Below are positions 56,264-64,000 of a stretch of 64,000 nt of DNA, in pieces. The translations under genes were made by a program, and so were the position numbers. Under the pieces are notes generated by a model that did no database searches, had not been told where the DNA came from, and saw only the letters and a program-made list of their open reading frames with translations. Source of the DNA: Candidatus Peregrinibacteria bacterium (lineage in GTDB: Bacteria > Patescibacteriota > Gracilibacteria > UBA1369 > LOWO2-01-FULL-3); NCBI GenBank assembly GCA_030592015.1, contig JAUUZY010000002.1, positions 8,838 through 72,837 on the forward strand, written 5' to 3'. The stretch's first letter is position 1, and every line of letters begins with the position of its first letter.

Positions 56264-56857
56264 TTATCCTTTTCTTATAGTTATTAATCCGCCGTTAGGA
56301 CCAGGTACTGCTCCACTTAGGCAAATGATATGTTGTTTTGGGTCTAATAATGCAATTTTTACTTTTTCCACAGTTACCTGCTCATTTCCCATTCTTCCAG
56401 GTAGCTTTTTTCCTTTTGCTACCCTTCCTGGTTTCGTACAGGCTCCTATTGAACCTGGTTCTCTGTGATGATGCGAACCATGCGTTTCCGGACCTCTGGA
56501 GAAGTTGTGTCTCTTGATTACTCCCTGAAATCCTTTACCTTTTGAAATCGCTGTTATCTTCACCATCTCTGTTTCTGACTCTTGAAAGCTTTCTAATGTA
56601 ACTTTGTCACCCTTCTTATACTTGTCTGCTTCTTCTGCTGTTATTTTGAACTCTCTTTGATGTCTGAATTTTTTCGTCTTCTTCTCGTTGATTAACTTAG
56701 AAAAGCCTAGGACTATCGCCGGATATCCATCTTTCTCAACTGTCTTTACCTGTGTAACCTCATTAGGTTCACATTTTACTACAGTTACTGGGATCACGCG
56801 ACCATCGTCTTGTATAAGGCGAGTCATTCCTATTTTTGTGCCAAGTATTCCTGACAT
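56264..56857 (-). CDS. rplC: 50S ribosomal protein L3
   Basis: G.K.GMT, SKGKGFQG.IKRH, HGS..HR.PGSIG, GAVPG. Confidence 0.98.
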   Translation of the reverse strand: MSGILGTKIGMTRLIQDDGRVIPVTVVKCEPNEVTQVKTVEKDGYPAIVLGFSKLINEKKTKKFRHQREFKITAEEADKYKKGDKVTLESFQESETEMVKITAISKGKGFQGVIKRHNFSRGPETHGSHHHREPGSIGACTKPGRVAKGKKLPGRMGNEQVTVEKVKIALLDPKQHIICLSGAVPGPNGGLITIRKG

Positions 56858-56951
56858 TGTTTGTAGAGGTTAAATGCTTTTTGCATCTCTTGAGAAGATT
56901 GTTGGCCAACCCGTTCAAGATTTTTAACTTGCTTTCGTCAAATGCCGCTAA

Positions 56952-56980
56952 AATATACAGATGGGAGCTTGGGTAGTCAA
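56952..56980 (-). promoter_or_regulatory. sigma70-type promoter upstream of rplC
   Basis: TTGACT-N17-TATATT. Confidence 0.6.
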
Positions 56981-57009
56981 TAGGTTTTTTTCCCTTTATT
57001 AAAGTGACT

Positions 57010-57984
57010 TTAGATGAGTCCTAAAGTCTTTCCTATGAAGGCTACGTAAAGGATCAATAATGTAATTCCTTCCCACTGAGAGATTTCTTTATCCATGGTG
57101 ACAAAAACATATAGGATTGTCACAAATAGTAATGCCGGAATTGTGAAGCTTATCATTTCTGCCGGTATATATATGTTTCCAAAAAGGGCAGGAATCCCCA
57201 TAACTCCTAATGCATTAAATATATTGGATCCAGTTACGTTTCCTATGGCTATGTCTGCTTTTCCTTTTCTTGCCGCTACTATTGAGGTTGCAAGTTCCGG
57301 TAGGGAAGTACCTATGGCTATGGCTGTAACTGCTATTATGTCTTGTCCTACTTTAAATATTATTGAAAGTTGTGTGACTGATTCTATAGTATAGCTGGCA
57401 CCGATACTGATAAATATTCCTGAAATGACTAGGTATACTGGATATTTGAATCCAAGGTGTTCTTTTTTAACTTTCTTTTTCTCTTCCACTTTGTGTTCCT
57501 TGATTTCTTTTGTTTCTTTTGGGTCTACCTTACGTTTTGATTTTGTGTTGTATAGGATGTACGTGAGCAATGTCAAAAGGCACAATGTGCCGTCAATGTA
57601 AGTAAATTTCCCATCCAGTGTTGTGAGGAATAGGAGAATTGTACTTCCTAATAATATAGGTAGGTCTATATTGATTATGTCTTTATCTACAACCAATTTC
57701 TTTCCCACGATTGCTGCAATCCCCAGTACTAATAGGATGTTAGCCATGTTTGATCCGACTACATTTCCTATTACTATTTCTGACTTGTGCTGCATTACCG
57801 CTATTATCGATGTTGCCAGTTCCGGTAGGGAAGTACCCAGAGCTACTATTGTAACTCCGATTATGAATGGTGGTATCTTAAAATGTAGACCGACTTTTTC
57901 TGCTGTATTAGTGAAAACGTCAGCTGCTTTTATAAGCAATGCGAGTGATGCTATAAATGCTGCAATCCAATATAAAATATCCAT
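57010..57984 (-). CDS. Ca2+/Na+ (CaCA, YrbG-like) antiporter
   Basis: Two alpha repeats GTSLPEL...GNV(V/T)GSN; about 10 TM segments. Confidence 0.93.
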   Translation of the reverse strand: MDILYWIAAFIASLALLIKAADVFTNTAEKVGLHFKIPPFIIGVTIVALGTSLPELATSIIAVMQHKSEIVIGNVVGSNMANILLVLGIAAIVGKKLVVDKDIINIDLPILLGSTILLFLTTLDGKFTYIDGTLCLLTLLTYILYNTKSKRKVDPKETKEIKEHKVEEKKKVKKEHLGFKYPVYLVISGIFISIGASYTIESVTQLSIIFKVGQDIIAVTAIAIGTSLPELATSIVAARKGKADIAIGNVTGSNIFNALGVMGIPALFGNIYIPAEMISFTIPALLFVTILYVFVTMDKEISQWEGITLLILYVAFIGKTLGLI

Positions 57985-58026
57985 AGGGTTTTAAATGAGT
58001 TCGTGATAAAGCCATTATAGCCTTAT

Positions 58027-58353
58027 TTACTTTTGTTGCAACATCTTGATCTCTATTTCTACTCCTGCCGGAAGGCTTAAGTTTGAAAGAGATTCGATTG
58101 TTTTTGATGTAGTTTCTGTAATGTCTATTAGTCTTGAATGAGTTCTCATTTCGAATTGTTCTCTAGATGTTTTGTGAACGAATGTAGACTTGTTCACTGT
58201 GAACTTCTCGATTTTAGTTGGTAGGGGAATAGGTCCGGCAATTAGTGCTCCTGTTCTTTCAGCTGTCTCGATAATAAGCTTTGCTGTTTCGTCGATTACT
58301 TTGTGATCGAATGATTTGATTTTGATTCTGATCATTTGACTGTTTGCTGCCAT
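58027..58353 (-). CDS. rpsJ: 30S ribosomal protein S10
   Basis: IRIKIKSFD, GPIPLPT, SREQFEMRTH.RLIDI. Confidence 0.98.
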   Translation of the reverse strand: MAANSQMIRIKIKSFDHKVIDETAKLIIETAERTGALIAGPIPLPTKIEKFTVNKSTFVHKTSREQFEMRTHSRLIDITETTSKTIESLSNLSLPAGVEIEIKMLQQK

Positions 58354-58371
58354 AGTGGGGGTGGGTTAATT

Positions 58372-58476
58372 AAAAAATACCGGGTTTGGCCGCCCGGCAT
58401 ACTTTGGAAATTTAATTCTCCGGGCTGTCCCGCTTTGTTGCGGGTGAGTTCCTAAAAGCAGGAAATCAATTTTGTA
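58372..58476 (-). promoter_or_regulatory. Structured rpsJ leader with candidate terminator/antiterminator
   Basis: Minus strand: ATGCCGGG-N8-CCCGGTAT plus U-tract, competing with GCCCGG/CCGGGC pairing; two upstream hairpins. Confidence 0.6.
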
Positions 58477-58481
58477 AGGGA

Positions 58482-58510
58482 TTTATATAGGTTTGGGATT
58501 CTATTGTCAA
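58482..58510 (-). promoter_or_regulatory. sigma70-type promoter upstream of rpsJ
   Basis: TTGACA-N17-TATAAA. Confidence 0.7.
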
Positions 58511-58520
58511 TATATTGCAT

Positions 58521-58550
58521 AAAAAAAGGCCTTCCTTTCGGAAGACCTTT
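58521..58550 (-). terminator. Intrinsic terminator after tuf
   Basis: AAAGGTCTTCC-GAAA-GGAAGGCCTTT followed by T-tract on the minus strand. Confidence 0.88.
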
Positions 58551-58573
58551 CTATTTTGTGTTTCTTTCTTCTC

Positions 58574-59767
58574 TTAGTCCTTAATCTTTGCAACTACTCC
58601 GGATCCTACTGTTCTACCACCTTCACGGATAGCGAAACGAGTTCCTTCTTCCAAAGCGATTGGGCATCCCAATACAACGTCCATGTGAACGTTATCACCA
58701 GGCATTACCATTTCTACGTCAGCTGGAAGTTCGATTGAACCTGTTACGTCTGTAGTTCGGATGTAGAACTGAGGTTTGTATCCTTTGAAGAAAGGTGTAT
58801 GTCTTCCTCCTTCGTCTTTTGTAAGGATATAAACTTCCGCTTCGAATTTTGTGTGAGGCTTGATAGTTCCTGGCTTAGCCATAACTTGTCCTCTTTCGAT
58901 TTCTTCTCTTTCGATACCTCTTAGTAGAATACCTACGTTGTCACCAGCTTCACCTCTGTCTAGAGTTTTCTTGAACATTTCAACTCCGGTAACTATGATT
59001 TTTCTAGTGTCTTTTATCCCAACGATTTCAATTTCGTCATTTACGTTAACGATACCTTGGTCGATTCTTCCAGTTGCAACAGTACCTCTTCCCTTAATAG
59101 AGAATACATCTTCTACCGGCATCAAGAATGGTTTGTCCAATTCTCTTTCAGGTTGTGGGATGTATGTATCTAGAGCTTCAAGAAGTTCTACGATAGGTTT
59201 GATTGCTTCTTCGTCGTCTGGATTTTCTACAGCTTTTAGAGCTGAACCTTTAATAATAGGTGTGTCGTCTCCTGGGTATTCATATTTGTTCAAAAGATCA
59301 CGAACTTCCATTTCTGACAGTTCTGCGATTTCCGGATCCGCCATGTCCATCTTGTTTAGGAAAACAATGATGTATGGAACGTTTACCTGTCTAGCCAAAA
59401 GGATATGCTCACGTGTCTGTGGCATTGGTCCGTCTGCAGCAGATACTACCAATATAGCACCGTCCATTTGAGCGGCACCTGTAATCATGTTCTTTACGTA
59501 ATCGGCATGTCCTGGACAATCTACATGTGCGTAATGTCTTTTATCTGTTTCGTACTCTTGGTGTGAAGTAGCAATAGTGATACCTCTTTCTTTTTCTTCC
59601 GGTGCATTATCAATTTGGTCGTATGAAACTCCCTTATTTGATCCTCCGAATTTTTTTGCTGCTACCATTGTGATTGCAGCTGTAAGTGTTGTTTTACCAT
59701 GGTCTACGTGCCCAATGGTTCCCACGTTTACATGTGGTTTACTTCTATCAAATACTCCATCAGCCAT
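58574..59767 (-). CDS. tuf: Elongation factor Tu
   Basis: [36 protein letters not shown]. Confidence 0.99.
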   Translation of the reverse strand: MADGVFDRSKPHVNVGTIGHVDHGKTTLTAAITMVAAKKFGGSNKGVSYDQIDNAPEEKERGITIATSHQEYETDKRHYAHVDCPGHADYVKNMITGAAQMDGAILVVSAADGPMPQTREHILLARQVNVPYIIVFLNKMDMADPEIAELSEMEVRDLLNKYEYPGDDTPIIKGSALKAVENPDDEEAIKPIVELLEALDTYIPQPERELDKPFLMPVEDVFSIKGRGTVATGRIDQGIVNVNDEIEIVGIKDTRKIIVTGVEMFKKTLDRGEAGDNVGILLRGIEREEIERGQVMAKPGTIKPHTKFEAEVYILTKDEGGRHTPFFKGYKPQFYIRTTDVTGSIELPADVEMVMPGDNVHMDVVLGCPIALEEGTRFAIREGGRTVGSGVVAKIKD

Positions 59768-59830
59768 ATTAGTTTTGTTTAAATGTTAAATACGAATATG
59801 TAATGTGTGCTTTCTTGCAAAGCGCAGTGA

Positions 59831-59859
59831 ATGCTATATCAATTTTTTTCTTAATGCAA
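59831..59859 (-). promoter_or_regulatory. sigma70-type promoter upstream of tuf
   Basis: TTGCAT-N17-TAGCAT. Confidence 0.5.
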
Positions 59860-59881
59860 GATGTTTTCGGACAATTTTTCC

Positions 59882-61975
59882 CTAAGCTGCCGACCTCTTT
59901 GAGATGATCTCTTCGGCTACGTTATTAGGTACTTTTTGGTATTTTCCGAATTCCATTGTGTAGTTTCCACGTCCTTGTGTCATTGACCTTAGATCTGTTG
60001 CATAACCGAACATTTCCGCCAGAGGAATCTCTGATTTGATGAATTTGATTAGTCCACGATCTCCACTTTCCAATATCTGACCACGTCTTGAGCTTATATT
60101 TCCCATAACGTCACCGAAGTAATCTTCAGGAACTGTAACTTCTACTTCCATAATTGGCTCTAGAAGTACTGGGTTCCCTTGTTTTACTGCATTTTGAAAA
60201 CACATTGATCCTGCGATTTTGAATGCCATTTCTGATGAATCTACGTCATGGTAACTTCCATCAATAAGTTCAGCTTTGATGTCTACTACCGGATATCCAG
60301 CGATGATTCCTTTTGACATAGCTTCTTGTATACCCTTATCAACAGCAGGGATATATTCTCGTGGAATTTTTCCTCCTACTATTGAATTTATGAATTCGTA
60401 ATCTTTTCCTGAGTCCTGAGGTCCTACCTTTAGTACAACGTGACCGAATTGTCCACGACCACCAGTCTGCTTTGCATACTTTTCTTCCATTTTTACTTCA
60501 GTGGTGATTGTTTCTCTGTATGCAACCTGTGGCGCACCTATGTTTGCCTCAACCTTGAACTCTCTTTTCATTCTGTCTACTAATACATCCAAGTGAAGTT
60601 CTCCCATACCTGCGATTATTGTCTGTCCTGTCTCTTCGTCTGAATTAACACGGAATGTTGGGTCTTCTTCTGCAAGTTTTTGTAGTGCTAGTCCCATTTT
60701 TTCCTGATCGGCCTTTGTTTTTGGCTCTACCGCGATACGGATTACAGGTTCTGGGAATGTAATTGATTCCAAAAGGATTGGATTGCTTACATCACATAGA
60801 GTGTTTCCTGTTGTTGTTTTCTTTAGTCCTACGATTGCGGCTATGTCACCTGCTTGTACGCTTTTGATTTCTTCTCTTGAATTTGCGTGCATTTGGATCA
60901 AACGTCCGATTCTTTCTTTGTTTCCTGTGCTTGCATTTATTATATAGCTTCCTGATTCAAGTGTTCCTGAATATACACGGAAGTAACAAAGGCTACCTAC
61001 GAAAGGATCAGTTGCGATTTTGAAGGCTAGTGCTGAGAATGGTTCGTCGTTGTTTGGCTTTCTTTCTTCTTCGGCTTCTGTTTTTGGATTTGTTCCTTTT
61101 ATAGATGGAACATCAAGTGGGCTTGGTAAATATTGACATACTGCATCCAGTAGCAATTGAGCTCCTATGTTTTGTAGGGCAGACCCTGAAAGCACAGGGT
61201 ATATTTTCCCTGTTATAGTTGCAGACCTGATTCCTTTCTTTATTTCTTCTATACTTATTTCTTGGTCTTCTAAGAATTTCACTGTTAGGGCTTCATCGTG
61301 TTCAGATATTCTTTCTACCATTATTGCTCTATATTCTTCGATTTTGTTATTCATGTCTTCTGGTACAGGTATTTCTTTTACGTCTTCTCCCATTTTCCCT
61401 TCAAATGTATATGCTTTTCTTTCAACAAGGTCTACGACTCCTGATAATTCACCTTCACATCCTATAGGAAGCTGAATAGCAACTGCGTCCGGAGTTAATC
61501 TTTTGTGAATACTCTCTAAACTCATATAGAAGTCTGCTCCCATTTTGTCCATCTTGTTTATGAAGGCAATCCGTGGAACGTTATATTTGTCCGCTTGTCT
61601 CCATACTGTTTCTGATTGTGGTTCTACTCCCATAGCTCCATCGAATACAGCTACACCTCCATCAAGTACACGAAGTGAACGTTCTACTTCTACAGTGAAG
61701 TCTACGTGTCCCGGTGTATCTATGATGTTGATTCTGTATTTTTGGCTTGGATCATATGTTAGTGCCCAAGAACAAGTTGTTGCAGCTGAAGTAATTGTTA
61801 TGCCTCTTTCTTTCTCTTGTTCCATCCAGTCCATTTGTGATTCTCCTTTGTGAGTTTCACCAATCTTATGTGTTTTACCTGTGTAGTAAAGTATTCGTTC
61901 TGTTACTGTTGTTTTTCCTGCATCAATATGGGCAATAATTCCAATATTCCGTAGGTAGTTTAAATCTTCAGCCAT
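59882..61975 (-). CDS. fusA: Elongation factor G
   Basis: [42 protein letters not shown]. Confidence 0.99.
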   Translation of the reverse strand: MAEDLNYLRNIGIIAHIDAGKTTVTERILYYTGKTHKIGETHKGESQMDWMEQEKERGITITSAATTCSWALTYDPSQKYRINIIDTPGHVDFTVEVERSLRVLDGGVAVFDGAMGVEPQSETVWRQADKYNVPRIAFINKMDKMGADFYMSLESIHKRLTPDAVAIQLPIGCEGELSGVVDLVERKAYTFEGKMGEDVKEIPVPEDMNNKIEEYRAIMVERISEHDEALTVKFLEDQEISIEEIKKGIRSATITGKIYPVLSGSALQNIGAQLLLDAVCQYLPSPLDVPSIKGTNPKTEAEEERKPNNDEPFSALAFKIATDPFVGSLCYFRVYSGTLESGSYIINASTGNKERIGRLIQMHANSREEIKSVQAGDIAAIVGLKKTTTGNTLCDVSNPILLESITFPEPVIRIAVEPKTKADQEKMGLALQKLAEEDPTFRVNSDEETGQTIIAGMGELHLDVLVDRMKREFKVEANIGAPQVAYRETITTEVKMEEKYAKQTGGRGQFGHVVLKVGPQDSGKDYEFINSIVGGKIPREYIPAVDKGIQEAMSKGIIAGYPVVDIKAELIDGSYHDVDSSEMAFKIAGSMCFQNAVKQGNPVLLEPIMEVEVTVPEDYFGDVMGNISSRRGQILESGDRGLIKFIKSEIPLAEMFGYATDLRSMTQGRGNYTMEFGKYQKVPNNVAEEIISKRSAA

Positions 61976-62026
61976 TTTATTTAGTTAAGATAAATTAATG
62001 CGATTCATTTAAAAAAACGCTCCGGT

Positions 62027-62054
62027 ATTATAGGGTCTGTACTCTGGAAGTCAA
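62027..62054 (-). promoter_or_regulatory. sigma70-type promoter upstream of fusA
   Basis: TTGACT-N16-TATAAT. Confidence 0.6.
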
Positions 62055-62073
62055 GAGAGTGAATTGCGTAAAA

Positions 62074-62529
62074 TTAGTACCTTGCAAAGTGGGCAAATGC
62101 CTTATTTGCTTGCGCCATTTTGTGAGTGTCTTCTTTCTTTTTTACTGCTATTCCTTGTTCGTTTGAAGCATCGATTAGTTCGTTTGCCAGCTTTTGAGCC
62201 ATTCCTGAACCTTTTTTGTCTCTTGCTGCACCGATTAACCATCTGAATGCAAGAGTTACTTGTCGATTTGGTTTTACTTCTCTTGGCACTTGATAAACCG
62301 CTCCACCTATTCTTTTAGCTTTAACCTCTAGTTTTGGCTTTACGTTATCTATTGCTTGTTTGAAGATTTTTTCTGAGTCTTCTGAAGTTTTCTTCTTTAT
62401 GATTTTGAAAGTTTCACTAAAAATCCTTCTTGCAGTTGATTTCTTACCATCATTCATTATGTAGTTAATGAATTTTTCTTGTAGTGGTGATGAATTCTCT
62501 GGTAGTTGATTTTTAGTATTACTTTTCAT
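62074..62529 (-). CDS. rpsG: 30S ribosomal protein S7
   Basis: IMNDGKKS.A, RIGGA.YQVP, HKMA.ANKAFAH. Confidence 0.98.
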   Translation of the reverse strand: MKSNTKNQLPENSSPLQEKFINYIMNDGKKSTARRIFSETFKIIKKKTSEDSEKIFKQAIDNVKPKLEVKAKRIGGAVYQVPREVKPNRQVTLAFRWLIGAARDKKGSGMAQKLANELIDASNEQGIAVKKKEDTHKMAQANKAFAHFARY

Positions 62530-62546
62530 TGTAAATTAATTGTTAT

Positions 62547-62954
62547 TTAAGCTTTTTTAGCTCCGTATTTAGATCTTCCCTGTTTTCGGTTTTGAACTCC
62601 CTGTGTATCCAAGTTTCCACGGATTATGTGGTAACGTACACCCGGTAGATCTTTTACTCTACCTCCACGGATTAGTACAACTGAATGTTCTTGTAGGTTG
62701 TGTCCTTCTCCGGGAATGTATGCATTTACTTCCAGTCCGTTTGTAAGTCTTACTCTTGCCACTTTTCTTAACGCTGAATTTGGTTTTTTAGGCGTCATCG
62801 TTGTTACTCTTGTGCAAACTCCACGTTTTTGTGGGCATCTTATAGCTACGGTTCTGTTCTTAATCGTATTGAAAGTAACTTGTAAAGCCGGTGACTTTCC
62901 TTTCTTTTTTAGTTTCCTTCTTTCCTTTCTGATCAATTGATTAATTGTTGGCAT
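62547..62954 (-). CDS. rpsL: 30S ribosomal protein S12
   Basis: [30 protein letters not shown]. Confidence 0.99.
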   Translation of the reverse strand: MPTINQLIRKERRKLKKKGKSPALQVTFNTIKNRTVAIRCPQKRGVCTRVTTMTPKKPNSALRKVARVRLTNGLEVNAYIPGEGHNLQEHSVVLIRGGRVKDLPGVRYHIIRGNLDTQGVQNRKQGRSKYGAKKA

Positions 62955-62988
62955 ATAAACTTATTAAATCTGGATTTGTTGCTTGCCC

Positions 62989-63017
62989 AATCTATACGAA
63001 CTTATATTGAATTGCAA
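62989..63017 (-). promoter_or_regulatory. sigma70-type promoter upstream of rpsL
   Basis: TTGCAA-N17-TAGATT. Confidence 0.5.
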
Positions 63018-63025
63018 GTTCTAAT

Positions 63026-64000
63026 CTAGATTACGGGTAATTGTTTTTCGTAGTCTGATTCTTTCTCTTCAACTTCTTCTTCCTCTCCTGTGCGTGGAGT
63101 GTCTTTTTTGCTGATTAAATCAGGGTGTAATTTTTTGTATGTATCTCCTGCAGGAATCAATTTTCCGATAATTACGTTTTCTTTTAATCCTACAAGGTGA
63201 TCTACCCTGTTAGTTGTTGATGCTTCTACCAGTACTCTTATTGTTTCCTGGAATGATGCAGCAGATAACCAACTGTCTGTGTACAAAGCTATTCTTGTTA
63301 GTCCAAGTAATAATCTTTCCCCCTTAGCCTTTTGTTTCTTTTTTAGCCCATCATTTGTTTTGTTGAACTTTATGATGTCTACAATTTCTCCAGGCAGGAA
63401 TGGACTTTCTCCGCTTTCAAGTATTCGTACTTTTGAAAGCATTTGTTTTGCAATGATCTCAACGTGTTTATCATTGATACTTTGTCCTTGAGAGACATAA
63501 ATTGTTTGAACTTCGCTCACGATATATTTCTCTACTGTATAAATGTCTGTTAGTGACATTAGTTCTTTTAGGTCTAGGTGTCCGTTTGTAATAGGTTCTC
63601 CTTTTTTTATGGTGTCACCGGTTTTTATGATTACAGATCTTCCTTGAGGAATTGTGTAAACTTTTGTGACATTTCCTATACTTCGAGTTGTAATTGTTTG
63701 ACCTTCGATTTTTAGGATTTTCCCTTCATCAATGGCTTTTACTGATCCTTTATGGTTGTCTGACTTTGCTATTACCATCTTTGGTTTTACTTCGTCTCCA
63801 ATTTTCACTGATGCCTTGAAATCTGCAAGTAGTTCATAACTTGTATCGATTGGTTCGAATGAAGTTATGCTTACTTCTGTAACTTTTCCTTTTTGATGGA
63901 TTTTTGTTTTTCCATCAATTTGAGAAATAATTGCAGCTTTTTTTGGAGTACGTGCTTCGAATAGTTCTTCTACACGTGATAGACCCTGCGTGATATCACC
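63026..64000 (-). CDS. rpoC: RNA polymerase beta' subunit, C-terminal part (5'-truncated by the window)
   Basis: Frame runs open to the window end: GDITQGLSRVEELFEARTP..., INDKHVE, SWLSAASFQET, GLKENVIIGKLIPAG. Confidence 0.97.
   Translation of the reverse strand, partial: GDITQGLSRVEELFEARTPKKAAIISQIDGKTKIHQKGKVTEVSITSFEPIDTSYELLADFKASVKIGDEVKPKMVIAKSDNHKGSVKAIDEGKILKIEGQTITTRSIGNVTKVYTIPQGRSVIIKTGDTIKKGEPITNGHLDLKELMSLTDIYTVEKYIVSEVQTIYVSQGQSINDKHVEIIAKQMLSKVRILESGESPFLPGEIVDIIKFNKTNDGLKKKQKAKGERLLLGLTRIALYTDSWLSAASFQETIRVLVEASTTNRVDHLVGLKENVIIGKLIPAGDTYKKLHPDLISKKDTPRTGEEEEVEEKESDYEKQLPVI

Noticed and set aside
39901..63491. Numerous plus-strand ORFs opposite ribosomal, tuf, fusA and ATPase genes (e.g. 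58860..59471)
   Set aside because: Typical antisense shadows of highly expressed genes

Overview
AT-rich bacterial chromosome segment read in the standard code (TGA is used as a stop). It most likely comes from a Patescibacteria/CPR genome: rpmD/L30 is missing between rpsE and rplO, and most genes lack Shine-Dalgarno motifs. De novo pyrimidine genes plus the standard code suggest a Peregrinibacteria-like lineage (inference). Left to right: (1) a surface-glycan locus (GT-C membrane protein, GT4 enzymes, Wzm/Wzt, methyltransferase, GtrA) that embeds a CotH-kinase / CYTH-lipoprotein / VTC polyphosphate-polymerase-domain / DUF4956 module behind symmetric back-to-back leaderless promoters; (2) a complete nine-gene V/A-type ATPase operon with a Na+-type K subunit; (3) a DnaQ-DinG fusion whose helicase motifs are lost; (4) a ~1.2 kb GC-richer island with a candidate ~360-nt structured ncRNA (own promoter and terminator), a ~190-nt structured leader with a CsrA-type site, and an orphan ORF; (5) carA/pyrC/pyrB/pyrD/pyrK/pyrE/pyrF with interspersed hypotheticals; (6) rsmA, a DUF167 gene, a catalytically dead P-type ATPase paralog, trmD and an intact P-type ATPase; (7) the S9/L13-alpha-spc-S10-str ribosomal supercluster, with a Ca2+/Na+ antiporter inserted between rpsJ and rplC, ending in the 3' part of rpoC. 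No rRNA, tRNA, CRISPR array or transposase was recognised. All family assignments come from reading motifs by eye; no searches were run.
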